In this document: positions 18,570 to 28,674 of the stretch, in pieces | How positions within the stretch are numbered: the stretch's first letter is position 1 | Layout of the letters: each line of letters begins with the position of its first letter | Virus record (IMG/VR): IMGVR_UViG_3300031998_000001 | Coordinates: 45,064 to 109,063 of that record | Source of the DNA: a virus | Taxonomy: Duplodnaviria; Heunggongvirae; Uroviricota; Caudoviricetes | Length of the DNA stretch: 64,000 nt | Reading direction: 5' to 3' (one strand) | Translations under genes and position numbers: made by a program | The notes under the pieces: model-generated | Told to the model about the DNA's origin: nothing | What the model saw: only the letters and a program-made list of their open reading frames with translations | The model's database searches: none

Positions 18570-20438
18570 ATGAAAAGGACGCTTACGGTAGATGCGAATA
18601 TTACGATTGATGACCAATATGCGGGAACAAGGAACATTGTTATCCGTATGAAAGGCGATGTCGGCGAGGACAGGGTTGTCGAGGAACACACTGGCGGGAG
18701 TTACTACCCAGTGGCACTTACGGAGAACTGGGCTACGGTAAACGGGGAACTGCTACCGAACCCGTTTGAACTCGACCCGCAGATGTTATATCTTTCGGAG
18801 AGGGACACGACGGACGCGGACAAAGTGTTCCTTATAATTCGCACAAAGGACGAGGAAGAAGGCGAGGTGGCGTATCGGTGGGTTGCGTTTTCGCTCTACG
18901 AATATGCGCGTAAATCGGGAATATCCCCAGATATATGGGTGATAGCCAACACAGCAAGCGTCCCAGTTGCGGACAGCCTTACGGAGAAGATAGCATACAG
19001 GGGAGAGAAGGGGCGCGAACTCACGGTGGCGGAGATTGACGAGAACTTCCGCAAGGTCGCTAACCCGTGGAACTCCAAGCGTGCATACCGTTCGCAGGAC
19101 ATAGTGTACGAGTATGACGACGATACCCAGACCTGCGGCTGGTATATGTACTATAACATAAACAGGGACGGTACTTCACTTATAGGCGTGCGCCCTTCGG
19201 AGTACGACAACATTCCTGCCGATATGTGGATACCCATTGGTGGCAGGGGCAACGGCGGTGGAAGTTCCGAAGGTGACTGTGTGTATCATATAGACGGCAA
19301 TATGGTATGGCTCGGAGGCTTAAATGCCGAGAAGATGTCATCGGGGCTTACGAAATTTGACGGTCAGTCGCAAGATGACGAAAATGAAGGTGGCGGACTG
19401 CTTGGACGGTCGGCTTCCTCGCCTATGTATGAACTCACAATATCCACAAGCGGAGAGGATATAGTTTCGGCACTTGACGATGCGGCTGTGTCCGCTGGCG
19501 AATGGGGAAAGGGAGTTGTCCTTGACATTGATGTCACGCTTCCGAAAGGTGAGCCTGTCGGGAGATACACGCTACAACTCATATCTGACGATATGGGGCG
19601 CAGGAACGACGGGATAAGGAGGGCTTGCTTCGGTGCGTTCGTCCGCACCGACAATATATCTTCCTCCGATGGCATCAGTGAATTTGAAACCATTGACAAG
19701 GAGACTTTTGAGAACAACGGTGGCGTATCGTCCGATGATGTTACGCACAAAGGCTACGAAACCATTACTGGTATTTCGGACGATGACGACACCTCCGACA
19801 ATGGCGATACTGGCGGGGACGGCGATACGAATGACGGAGGCGATGTCGGGCTTGGCTCGTCCGCACCCGTTTCAAGCCAGAATGTTGCCACCCCGAAATC
19901 CATTTCTGGCGTGTATGTGCTCGTTACGATATACATCGCCACGATACAATCACCGTATCCTGTGGGCGCGGATATGTATATGGTCGATGCAAAGGGCAAG
20001 AAAGGCGACAAGGGCGACAAGGGCGACAAGGGCGACAAGGGCGACAGTGGCACTGGCGTTCCCGCGTTGAAGCAAAATGAATATGAATATGTGGCTTATA
20101 AGTGTTTTCCTATAGGTGACGGGCGCGGAAACGGCATAGAGTTTACATTTGGCACTGGCGCAAATTATGAGGATTTTTCCAATGAACATCTTTCGCCCGC
20201 AACAGTTAATGCGGTAATGTGCATCAAGTCCGCAGAGCCAGCGTGGAGCAGTGTAATGCAGACACCGACGCTTTCTATCGACCAGTCGAACAGGGGGATT
20301 GTAACCGTATATCCCGTTGGCGGGACGATTGCAGATGATTATGTTGCGAGGGTGTGCCTGTATCTATATAAGGATGACTACGGCTACTACGATGCGCTTT
20401 TTACTTTTGAACTATTTGAAGGTTTTCCAAATACATAA
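18570..20438 (+). CDS. Putative tail/baseplate fibre-like structural protein with short collagen-like segment
   Basis: KGRELTVAEIDENF motif, D/G-rich linkers, (KGD)n collagen-like run. Confidence 0.6.
   Translation: MKRTLTVDANITIDDQYAGTRNIVIRMKGDVGEDRVVEEHTGGSYYPVALTENWATVNGELLPNPFELDPQMLYLSERDTTDADKVFLIIRTKDEEEGEVAYRWVAFSLYEYARKSGISPDIWVIANTASVPVADSLTEKIAYRGEKGRELTVAEIDENFRKVANPWNSKRAYRSQDIVYEYDDDTQTCGWYMYYNINRDGTSLIGVRPSEYDNIPADMWIPIGGRGNGGGSSEGDCVYHIDGNMVWLGGLNAEKMSSGLTKFDGQSQDDENEGGGLLGRSASSPMYELTISTSGEDIVSALDDAAVSAGEWGKGVVLDIDVTLPKGEPVGRYTLQLISDDMGRRNDGIRRACFGAFVRTDNISSSDGISEFETIDKETFENNGGVSSDDVTHKGYETITGISDDDDTSDNGDTGGDGDTNDGGDVGLGSSAPVSSQNVATPKSISGVYVLVTIYIATIQSPYPVGADMYMVDAKGKKGDKGDKGDKGDKGDSGTGVPALKQNEYEYVAYKCFPIGDGRGNGIEFTFGTGANYEDFSNEHLSPATVNAVMCIKSAEPAWSSVMQTPTLSIDQSNRGIVTVYPVGGTIADDYVARVCLYLYKDDYGYYDALFTFELFEGFPNT
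20004..20047 (+). repeat. 9-bp tandem repeat GGCGACAAG x4 plus partial (Gly-Asp-Lys)
   Basis: Read directly in the sequence, in frame in 18570..20438. Confidence 0.95.
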
Positions 20439-20449
20439 GGCGATAACTA

Positions 20450-23400
20450 ATGGTAACACAGGAAGGTAACGGCATATATGTTTCTCACATCGACGATGTG
20501 TATGCGGACGGGGTGGAGTTCACCCTTTCCATTTCATTGAACGGGTGCTATGATGTTTCTCGGCACTTGGACGACTTTTCGCCAGACGACAACGCTGGCA
20601 ACTACAGGAAGGGTGTCCTGCTCAACTATGTCGGTTTTCAGGTGCTTCGGCACGAGGGGGCTAACGCCACTCTGATGAACAACCCTTCTGGCTGGGTTGA
20701 TGTGACCGCTTGGGCGGTTGGAAGTTCGGTCGGTTCAGACTGCCTTGCCGACAAGTACGGGAACGGGGACATAAGTATCAGGGTCGGCGGGCACGCATAC
20801 ACCCCGTTGACACCCGAAGCACTTTTCACGAAGTATTCGGCGGACGACGAGCCTTACAGTTACTGGTACAACGGGGTTTCGGAAGTTCATACCGACATAG
20901 AGTATGCCTTCAACTTCGGGAGTTATTTTTCCGCAGGGGACTGGGCTGATGCAGACTTTCGGGAGCACACGCTCGATTGGTTCGGGAATGATGAGGTGAG
21001 GGCTTCCCACAGGGGGCTGGATTCCGATGACGACACGAGCGCAACGGTCGAGATAAGGTACAAGTTTCCCGACACATATCCGTATGGCGACTGGCAGGAA
21101 GCCGACCAGCATACATACTGCATAATATTCAAGTACCCCGTGTCCGAAAACGAATGGGGTTCGGAAATCTCGTACATACAGCCGTACGACGAGAACAATG
21201 TCATAAGTTACAGGACGCAACTTCTGCCGTCGGGAGACTATGCACCGCCTCCGAAATGCCGTCCCGTGGATGATGTAGATGCCGTAATTGCAAGCGGTTC
21301 GGCTGATTATAACAGGTATGACCTCTCGATACGCTGCCGAGACGGTATCGACACGACAAATGCGAGTGTCAAGTTCTACCTGCAAGTCGTCAAGGAGAAC
21401 GCATACAGGATAACCTCATCGTCTGGCGAGGGCGGGAGCATAAGCCCAGTTGAAGGTACGGTCTATGCACCGAAAGGTTCTGACAGGAGATATACGGTAG
21501 TTCCAGACGAGGGGCATCGCATAAGCGAGTTCCTTGTTGACGGGCAGGCATCGATGCTTGAGGAGAACAACAACTATACATTCAGGAGAATACTGCGCGA
21601 CCATACCATATATGCGGAGTTCGAGGACATTTCGGGCAAGCGTCTGCTTGTGGTGAGGTTCGGCGCAAGGAACTACAACACGGGGGATGTGGTCTGGAAC
21701 AGTGGCTGTACGGTCTATGTCAACGATGTGATAGTCCCCGAAAGCGGAAGCGAGATATATGTGGACGACGGCTCGCGACCAGTCATAACAATCGCGCACG
21801 AACTCGGCTATGAGAGTGCGACCGTTACGGAACTTGGCGCGACAAGGGTGGTTACGGGAGATGTCTTGGACGATGATGAATATGTGTATGAACCGATTGA
21901 GCATAATTCGGAGTTCACCGTCGTAGTCCATAAGGACAATCCGTTCGTGCTTGAAACACAGGCTATGCCGCCTGAAGGCGGAACGACATCCCCGTTGCGC
22001 CGATACTGCTATGCGGGCGAGACCATTCCAATCCACGCAGAGCCGTATGAGGGCTGGAGGTTCGACAGGTGGATATATGGCGATGAACTCGACAGCCCCG
22101 ACAGGGATACGGAGTTTGTTATGCCGTACCACTCGGTATTGCTTGATGCGCACTTCTCGCGGGAAGCCGTGTTATACAGCATATATTCGATGGTCAACGG
22201 AACAGGCGGGACAATAGAGCCTCTTGAAACAATAGCCGTACCAGAAGGCGAAACCCGCGTATATGTGGTTACGCCAGACGAAGGCTATGTGGTGGACAGT
22301 GTTATCGTTGACACTGCTCCGCAGACGCTTGTGGACAATACATATACATTCGAGAATGTCCAGAGCAACCACACGATTATAGTTTCATTCGCGGAAGCAC
22401 CAGAACCGCCAGCGAATACGGTTACATTCCATTGCTTCGACATAATCGAGGGCGAGGCTGTCATCTTGGACGGCAATCCGAGGGGCGAGGTTGTTCAGGA
22501 CGGCACGAGCCTTGCCTTTGGTGTCGCCTACCCGCTTGCAAGCGGTGATGCGTTCAAGTTCATACCTTTGTCTGGGTTGTTCATAACAGAACTTCATCTC
22601 GGAAGCGTTGACGGGGAGAGCATAATGGGAAGCCTTGTCCCAGACAGGACATACATCTTCGGTGAGGTTGACGGGGACAAGGAGGTCTATGTCCGCTTCA
22701 ACAAGGACGGCGCGATTGATGTCGCGACGCTTGAATATCCGACGGGCGCGGGTGAAACGACAGGAAGCGGTCAGTATTCGTACAGCGAGACCGTCGAGGT
22801 GTCCGCTACACCCAACGGGAACTATGAGTTCCTCAACTGGACGAAGGACGGAGAGGTTGTTTGTACAGAGCGGGCATATTCGTTTGATGTCTATGAGAGC
22901 GTAACGCTCATAGCCAACTTCGCCTCGACACTGCCGAGATATTCGGTGGGAGTGACCGCAAGCCCTGCGGGTGGCGGGACTGCAACTGGCGGTGGCGAGT
23001 ATGACGAGGGAAGCCTTGTGACGCTTGTCGCTACGGCTAACAGCGGATACATCTTCACTGGGTGGAGCGACGGCAATACGGACAGCACCCGCATAATAAC
23101 GGTTACAGCCGATGCGACCTATGTCGCGAACTTCGTGGCTGAACGCAGGATAACGGTGGTCGCCACTGGCAACTCTTCGGTTGACATAGACGGCACGCAA
23201 CTTTTGGCAGGGGACTTTATAGTTGTTCCTGACGGCTCGTCCCCAGTCCTGACGGTCGCCCCGCAGTACGGGTTTGAAGTTTCATCGGTGTATGTTGACA
23301 GCACGGAGGTTGCACTCGTTGACGGGCATTACACATTCGGTTTAATATCGGCAGACCATACGGTCAAGGTCATAACGAAGATTACACCGTCGTACTTGGT

Positions 23401-24379
23401 CAAGGTTCAGTGTGACCCGGACAAGGGTACGGTGTCTGGCGGAGGTACTTATATGAGGGGCGTTCAGGTTACGGTCAACGCGCAGGCTAACGAGAACTAT
23501 GCGTTCGTCAACTGGACTGAAAACGGAACTGCCGTTTCGACCGATGCCGAATATACATTCACTATGCCAGACGACAACAGGATTCTTACTGCGCATTTCA
23601 TATCCACGATACCGAGATATGCAATAGGCGTTTCGGCAACTGTTGGCGGTACTGCAAGCGGTGGCGGGGAATATGACGAGGGAAGCCTCGTAACGATAGC
23701 GGCGGAAGCCAGTGAGGGCTACCATTTTGTCGGCTGGGTTGACGGGAACGGTGAACCAGTATCGGCAGACACGACATATTCGTTCACTGCGGACAGCGAT
23801 ATGGTATTTGTCGCGCAGTTCGACATAAACCAGTACACGATAAATGTCGGCGTATCATCGATGCGAGACTTTGAGGGTGCGGTGGGATGCGATGATATTC
23901 CTACGCATTCTGGTGACTTCCAAGTCAACGGTGTCCAGCACGGTTCTGCACCCGTGTTCTATATCAAGGAAAACCCGAACGGGGGCATAGAGAGCGTGGT
24001 CGTTGACAAGACACTTGCTACGGAGCGCGTAGTGACTGGCGAACTCGTTGCCACGCAATATCAGAACCAATATACATATACGCTTCCGCCAGTCACAGCG
24101 AACTGTTCCGTTGATATTCGTTTCAACAAGAACGGGGCGTTGCGTATTCCGTTGAGCATAGTGCCGTCTGGCGCGGGCGCGGTGACGGCAAACGGTCAGC
24201 CTGTATCCGCTGGTATGCTGTATTCGTATGAGGGGCAGGCTGTCGAGTTCCACGCGGTTCCTTCGGCTGGCTATTCCTTTGGGGGCTGGAGCATTGACGG
24301 GGTGCAGGTGTCCACCGATGCCGATATGACATATGCGCAGGACGACAGGGAGCATATCATCGAGGCTGTGTTCACATAA
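20450..24379 (+). CDS. Large repeat protein with divergent InlB B-repeat / Ig-like domains (putative virion adhesin)
   Basis: Repeated GGTASGGGEYDEGSLVTL.A.A..GY.F.GW and GGSI.P…V.PDEGY units over 1309 aa. Confidence 0.8.
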   Translation: MVTQEGNGIYVSHIDDVYADGVEFTLSISLNGCYDVSRHLDDFSPDDNAGNYRKGVLLNYVGFQVLRHEGANATLMNNPSGWVDVTAWAVGSSVGSDCLADKYGNGDISIRVGGHAYTPLTPEALFTKYSADDEPYSYWYNGVSEVHTDIEYAFNFGSYFSAGDWADADFREHTLDWFGNDEVRASHRGLDSDDDTSATVEIRYKFPDTYPYGDWQEADQHTYCIIFKYPVSENEWGSEISYIQPYDENNVISYRTQLLPSGDYAPPPKCRPVDDVDAVIASGSADYNRYDLSIRCRDGIDTTNASVKFYLQVVKENAYRITSSSGEGGSISPVEGTVYAPKGSDRRYTVVPDEGHRISEFLVDGQASMLEENNNYTFRRILRDHTIYAEFEDISGKRLLVVRFGARNYNTGDVVWNSGCTVYVNDVIVPESGSEIYVDDGSRPVITIAHELGYESATVTELGATRVVTGDVLDDDEYVYEPIEHNSEFTVVVHKDNPFVLETQAMPPEGGTTSPLRRYCYAGETIPIHAEPYEGWRFDRWIYGDELDSPDRDTEFVMPYHSVLLDAHFSREAVLYSIYSMVNGTGGTIEPLETIAVPEGETRVYVVTPDEGYVVDSVIVDTAPQTLVDNTYTFENVQSNHTIIVSFAEAPEPPANTVTFHCFDIIEGEAVILDGNPRGEVVQDGTSLAFGVAYPLASGDAFKFIPLSGLFITELHLGSVDGESIMGSLVPDRTYIFGEVDGDKEVYVRFNKDGAIDVATLEYPTGAGETTGSGQYSYSETVEVSATPNGNYEFLNWTKDGEVVCTERAYSFDVYESVTLIANFASTLPRYSVGVTASPAGGGTATGGGEYDEGSLVTLVATANSGYIFTGWSDGNTDSTRIITVTADATYVANFVAERRITVVATGNSSVDIDGTQLLAGDFIVVPDGSSPVLTVAPQYGFEVSSVYVDSTEVALVDGHYTFGLISADHTVKVITKITPSYLVKVQCDPDKGTVSGGGTYMRGVQVTVNAQANENYAFVNWTENGTAVSTDAEYTFTMPDDNRILTAHFISTIPRYAIGVSATVGGTASGGGEYDEGSLVTIAAEASEGYHFVGWVDGNGEPVSADTTYSFTADSDMVFVAQFDINQYTINVGVSSMRDFEGAVGCDDIPTHSGDFQVNGVQHGSAPVFYIKENPNGGIESVVVDKTLATERVVTGELVATQYQNQYTYTLPPVTANCSVDIRFNKNGALRIPLSIVPSGAGAVTANGQPVSAGMLYSYEGQAVEFHAVPSAGYSFGGWSIDGVQVSTDADMTYAQDDREHIIEAVFT

Positions 24380-24396
24380 AAAAATTTTAAATATTT

Positions 24397-24436
24397 CTGA
24401 ACTTTATAAATTTTTCCAATATATTGCTTATAAATA
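24397..24436 (+). promoter_or_regulatory. Bipartite motif variant (CTGAAC-N14-CAATATATT) followed by TATAAATA
   Basis: Same spacing as other copies; TATAAATA at 24429..24436; upstream of RNase H. Confidence 0.55.
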
Positions 24437-24457
24437 ACAAGGAAAAAGGAAACTCGG

Positions 24458-25795
24458 ATGAGAACATTTTTAGTGATAGACGGACACAACTTCATTTATC
24501 GGAGTCTTTTCGGGATGCCGAAGCCGAGCAAGGGCAAGTATCTCGAAAAGAAGCAGGACAGGGCTTTCTTCAACAAGCAGTTGATAATACAGACGATGGC
24601 ACTTCTCCACGGATGGAAGACTGTCGCGGACGGTATGGTGTTCGTATGGGACTTCGGCACTTGGAGGAAGGAACTGGCAGCAAGGGAATACGCTGGTGTC
24701 ATCGACTACAAGGGCAACAGGAAGGAGACCGAGCAGAAGGTTGACAAGGTTCGTTTCGGAGAGTGCATAGCCGAGTTCAAGAAGTGGCTCGACCTGTGCA
24801 GGATTGCGCAGTGCGAACTGCCCGGTGCGGAGGGCGACGACTGGATATGCTCCCTTGCGAGACGCTTCAACGGAATGGGAGACAGCGTAATCATATACAG
24901 CACAGACCACGACTTGCACCAACTCATAACCGACGGGGTTATGGAACTTGCGCCAGCGGGCGAAAGGAACTTCACCCTCTTTGCAACGGAATCCGACTGC
25001 GGAAGGCTTACGGAGAAGGAGGGCGGTGACATAATAGAGCGTATGCTCGGAGGCGGTTCTATGAAGATAGACGCTCTCAAACTCCTGCTCAACGAACTGC
25101 GTGTAGCGAACAGGCTGAAGATAGAGCCTGTCAAAGCGCAGGGGGCACTTTTCGACAAGATAATAAGCGGTGACACTTCGGACAACATACCGAGCGTATG
25201 CACATTCGCCAAGACCACCAAGCGTCACGGCGAGGATGTACAGACGACATACGGGCTTACAGCGAAGATGAGCAAGGGGATACTTGAAAGGTTTGACGGC
25301 AAGACGGGTATCTCGGAGATAAACACATCCTGCTATTTCAACGACGAGTTGAAGTCCGTCCTGTGCGAGTGCATACTTGAAGTCGCCAAGCAGAAACTGA
25401 AGGATACAAAGACGCAGACCTGCTATGGCGGGACATTGGACGATGTTAAGCGGAACTTCGACAGGAATATGAAGTTCGTTATGCTCGGATGCGAGGAAGT
25501 CCTGCCTCCGCAGATATTCGAGGGGCTGGCAAGGCGTACCGACGAGATTGTGGCGGACGGGGCGTACCTGAACTGGAGCGCAATCGACAACTGGTGGGTT
25601 GAGCACGCGCCCGAATACAGCAAGATGGATGTCAACGCTATGCGCAAGATTCTTACGAAGGAGGAGCGCGAAACGGACTGGAGTTTCTTGAAAAAGGACG
25701 GGGAGCAGTCGTCAAATAATACGGAAACGAGCGGTGAATTGCCTGTAAACGAGGAAGATAGCCTTGGCATTGTAATAAATGGAAAATTATTCTGA
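24458..25795 (+). CDS. rnh: 5'-3' exonuclease / phage RNase H (T4 rnh-like)
   Basis: LVIDGHNF, YKGNR, EGDD, STDHDLHQL, GDTSDNIP motifs of the 5'-nuclease family. Confidence 0.88.
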   Translation: MRTFLVIDGHNFIYRSLFGMPKPSKGKYLEKKQDRAFFNKQLIIQTMALLHGWKTVADGMVFVWDFGTWRKELAAREYAGVIDYKGNRKETEQKVDKVRFGECIAEFKKWLDLCRIAQCELPGAEGDDWICSLARRFNGMGDSVIIYSTDHDLHQLITDGVMELAPAGERNFTLFATESDCGRLTEKEGGDIIERMLGGGSMKIDALKLLLNELRVANRLKIEPVKAQGALFDKIISGDTSDNIPSVCTFAKTTKRHGEDVQTTYGLTAKMSKGILERFDGKTGISEINTSCYFNDELKSVLCECILEVAKQKLKDTKTQTCYGGTLDDVKRNFDRNMKFVMLGCEEVLPPQIFEGLARRTDEIVADGAYLNWSAIDNWWVEHAPEYSKMDVNAMRKILTKEERETDWSFLKKDGEQSSNNTETSGELPVNEEDSLGIVINGKLF

Positions 25796-25820
25796 AATTT
25801 ACGGAAATTCCCTATATATT
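25792..25820 (+). promoter_or_regulatory. Bipartite motif CTGAAA-N14-CTATATATT
   Basis: Overlaps the rnh stop codon; upstream of SSB operon. Confidence 0.65.
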
Positions 25821-25836
25821 ATAGTCGTATGTTTAA

Positions 25837-26214
25837 ATGAACACAAGAAAGAAGATGGTTTCAAAGAAGGAGTACAGGGCACTTGTCGCGGAGCATTTCC
25901 CGAAAATCTGCAAGTTCTACGCGCTTATGGCGCACAGGAACGGGGAAGGCGTATGGAAGGGCGAGTACAAGGCTCGTATGAACGAGCATATCGCAGTCCT
26001 GCGGGACAACGATGTGGCGAAGGACTCGAAGTCCAAACTCATAGCCCGCTTCCGCGAGGAGAACGGCTATGATACGGTCGAGAACCTTGCGACCACTCTC
26101 GGAGGGGTGCTTTCGGAGCAGGGTATGGAGAACGAGTTTGTTCTCGGCTTGTGCGAGAGCCTTATAAATAATATGGAGACCATTATGTCGAGGATTGAAA
26201 TAGAACAGGCGTAA
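25837..26214 (+). CDS. Hypothetical protein
   Basis: 125-aa ORF between rnh and SSB. Confidence 0.65.
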   Translation: MNTRKKMVSKKEYRALVAEHFPKICKFYALMAHRNGEGVWKGEYKARMNEHIAVLRDNDVAKDSKSKLIARFREENGYDTVENLATTLGGVLSEQGMENEFVLGLCESLINNMETIMSRIEIEQA

Positions 26215-26273
26215 AACGATTTTTGAATAGAGTTAATTTTTTAAATAGTGTTAAATTATAAAAGTTTAGTCAA

Positions 26274-27272
26274 ATGGAATTAAAGAAGTTAAATTACGAT
26301 TCGCTTTTTGGAAGCGAGTTCACAGATGTCAACAAGTCAGTAAGCACGAAGGAGTCGAAGTATTCGGTTGACGAAAATCTCTACCAGCCGAAACTGGAAG
26401 ATGCAAAGAAGGGCGTATATACGGCACTTATCCGTTTTATCCCGAACCCAATGGACTACAGCAAGTCAATCATCAACAAGACGCAGTATTTCTTCAAGGA
26501 TGTGGACGGCGAGAACGGTGTCCGCGTGGACAGTCCAGAATCAGTAGGTCAGAGATGCCCTATCGGTCAACTCCGCGCAAAGTTGTGGAACACTGGAATT
26601 GCGTCGAACATCGAGATTGCGAAGAAGAACGCAGGCAAGGAGAACAAATACTGGTCGCTCATCTACATATACAAAGACCCGCAGCATCCAGAACTCGAAG
26701 GTCAGGTAAAGGTGTTCCGCTTCGGAAAGAAACTCTACGAGAAGTACCTCTTGGCAAGTTCACCGAACGAACTCGAAGGCGAGGAAGGCATTGCGGCTAA
26801 CCACCTTCTTTTCGGAAAGAACCTCCGCCTTGTCGTCAAGAAGAAGGAGGATTATGTCAACTATGACGACTCGGAGTTCAGCGCGAAGAAGCCTCTGGAA
26901 ATCGACGGTGTTGCAATCGACAACAGCGACAAGGGGCGCAAGTTGCTCGCCAAGATGTACGCTGGCGCACCAGACCTTTCGGAATATGAGTTCCAGCCGT
27001 GGGACGAAACCCAGACCGACAGGGTTCTTACCAACATCAAGACATATGACCGTCTTCTTCCGAACTCGGAGGCAAGCAGGATTGCCACCAAGTCGGTGAA
27101 CGCGCTCAAGAACAACGGCGGTTCGGACAGCAAGATAGACGAGACCAAAATCGACAGCACGGACTTCTCTGACGAAGTACGCGGTAACGAAACCACTGCC
27201 GAGAACGCTGACGCTGGAAAGAAGAGCGATGAGGACTTGCTCAACGAAATCGGTGATGAACTCGACCTCTAA
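26274..27272 (+). CDS. Single-stranded DNA-binding protein (T4 gp32-like)
   Basis: ALIRFIP, CPIG, VKVFRFGKK, YDDSEF and acidic C-terminal tail EDLLNEIGDELDL. Confidence 0.88.
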   Translation: MELKKLNYDSLFGSEFTDVNKSVSTKESKYSVDENLYQPKLEDAKKGVYTALIRFIPNPMDYSKSIINKTQYFFKDVDGENGVRVDSPESVGQRCPIGQLRAKLWNTGIASNIEIAKKNAGKENKYWSLIYIYKDPQHPELEGQVKVFRFGKKLYEKYLLASSPNELEGEEGIAANHLLFGKNLRLVVKKKEDYVNYDDSEFSAKKPLEIDGVAIDNSDKGRKLLAKMYAGAPDLSEYEFQPWDETQTDRVLTNIKTYDRLLPNSEASRIATKSVNALKNNGGSDSKIDETKIDSTDFSDEVRGNETTAENADAGKKSDEDLLNEIGDELDL

Positions 27273-27313
27273 TAGATAGGCAATATATTGTATAACACTT
27301 AAAACACTTTAAG

Positions 27314-27910
27314 ATGAGTGAAGAAGTAAAGAAAGAAAAGGAACTCCCGAAGAAAAGCGAACTTCTCGAAGAGCAGAAGAAACTTTGGGAACAGTACAAC
27401 AAGGGCGAGGAGGAACTCTTGAACAAGGAGTTCATCGTAAAAATCGGAACTAAATCCAAGATGAACGCATTGCAGAAGTTCGTCGAGCACGACATACCGA
27501 GCAGTTACTACAAGGCACCTGCCGTCATCGCGCTCCACACGAACATAAGGATGCAGAAGCCGTACACCAAAGCACCAGACTGGGACGGAACGATACTGCT
27601 CAATTCGATTTCAATCAGGGCATTGTTCGGTGGCTTTCAGGAATGGAAGGGTAACGGAGCGTTCGCAACAAAGGAATTTCTCGAACTCCTGAAGGATGTT
27701 GCACCCGAAATCGTAAAGCACATCAAGACAATCAACGAATGTCAGGATGCCAACAACGGGCTTCATATCCGCCTCAATGAAATCGACACGATACTCGACA
27801 GCAAGGAGTATATAGACGACTGCCCAGAAGTCGAGGCGAAGAGCGTGATAAAGGTGGAAGAGGAAGAGAAGGAGAAGTTGCAGGAGGAAGTCCAGCCTAT
27901 TGTAGAATAA
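27314..27910 (+). CDS. Hypothetical charged protein
   Basis: 198-aa ORF co-oriented after SSB. Confidence 0.7.
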   Translation: MSEEVKKEKELPKKSELLEEQKKLWEQYNKGEEELLNKEFIVKIGTKSKMNALQKFVEHDIPSSYYKAPAVIALHTNIRMQKPYTKAPDWDGTILLNSISIRALFGGFQEWKGNGAFATKEFLELLKDVAPEIVKHIKTINECQDANNGLHIRLNEIDTILDSKEYIDDCPEVEAKSVIKVEEEEKEKLQEEVQPIVE

Positions 27911-27944
27911 TTATTTGTCATAATAGTAATTTGTTGTTTGTTTT

Positions 27945-27983
27945 CGGGGCGGAGTGATACCCAATGTCGCCCGCCCCGTTTTT
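27945..27983 (+). terminator. Intrinsic terminator
   Basis: CGGGGCGG…CCGCCCCG followed by T5. Confidence 0.75.
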
Positions 27984-27997
27984 AATTCCCGCGAAAA

Positions 27998-28669
27998 ATG
28001 AGTTATTTTGTTGACACGCCCCTTTCCAGCGACAGGTTGAGGAAGTCGGTCGTACAGGACATAATCCCGCTTCTGCCGAAGCGCATAGACACCGCTTGGG
28101 ACATATTTTCGGGAGATGCCCTCGCTGGTGTCAACCTAATCCCGTTTTCAAATAATGTGGTGTGCAATGTTATGGACATTGACACCGAGAGGTCTATGCT
28201 CCTGATAAGGGACGGAAAGTCGGACATATCCTGTCCGAAGCGCACGCTTGACGCTTACCGCGTGGCTCTCGGAAAGGTGAAACTCGTCCACTTCTCTTGG
28301 GAGCATATAGTCCGTGTCGGCTTCGGAGGAAGGGAACTTCCGCTTTCGGCGGGGGACTTCGTGTTCTGCTACGCGCCTCTAATCGGGGAGTATGTGCCAG
28401 ACAGGTCGGACAACGGCAAGGCACGGCATCCTTTCAGGTGGACGCAGGGGAATATGTCCGAACTGCTTGGGCTTCTCTCGTCCGTCCAGTCGGCTGGTGC
28501 TGGCTTCGGTGCAGTGCTTTCGTTCGGTCGTGGCATAAGCCCGAACAGCGATGCTGTCGGCTTCTGTGAAAAGAACGGATATGAATACAGGAGGGTGGGT
28601 AGCATCAACAGTTTTTCGAGGGGGACTACGACAGACGACATAGTTTATGTCACTAACCGAAAACCATAG
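27998..28669 (+). CDS. Degenerate Dam-like (D12 class) adenine methyltransferase homolog
   Basis: IIPLLPKRIDTAWDIFSGDALAGVN…VVCNVMD and GDFVFCYAPL (DPPY replaced); central TRD region very short. Confidence 0.7.
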   Translation: MSYFVDTPLSSDRLRKSVVQDIIPLLPKRIDTAWDIFSGDALAGVNLIPFSNNVVCNVMDIDTERSMLLIRDGKSDISCPKRTLDAYRVALGKVKLVHFSWEHIVRVGFGGRELPLSAGDFVFCYAPLIGEYVPDRSDNGKARHPFRWTQGNMSELLGLLSSVQSAGAGFGAVLSFGRGISPNSDAVGFCEKNGYEYRRVGSINSFSRGTTTDDIVYVTNRKP

Positions 28670-28674
28670 AAGAT

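Noticed and set aside
20004-20047. Short tandem repeat as possible CRISPR array
   Set aside because: 9-bp units without spacers, in frame, encoding collagen-like Gly-Asp-Lys
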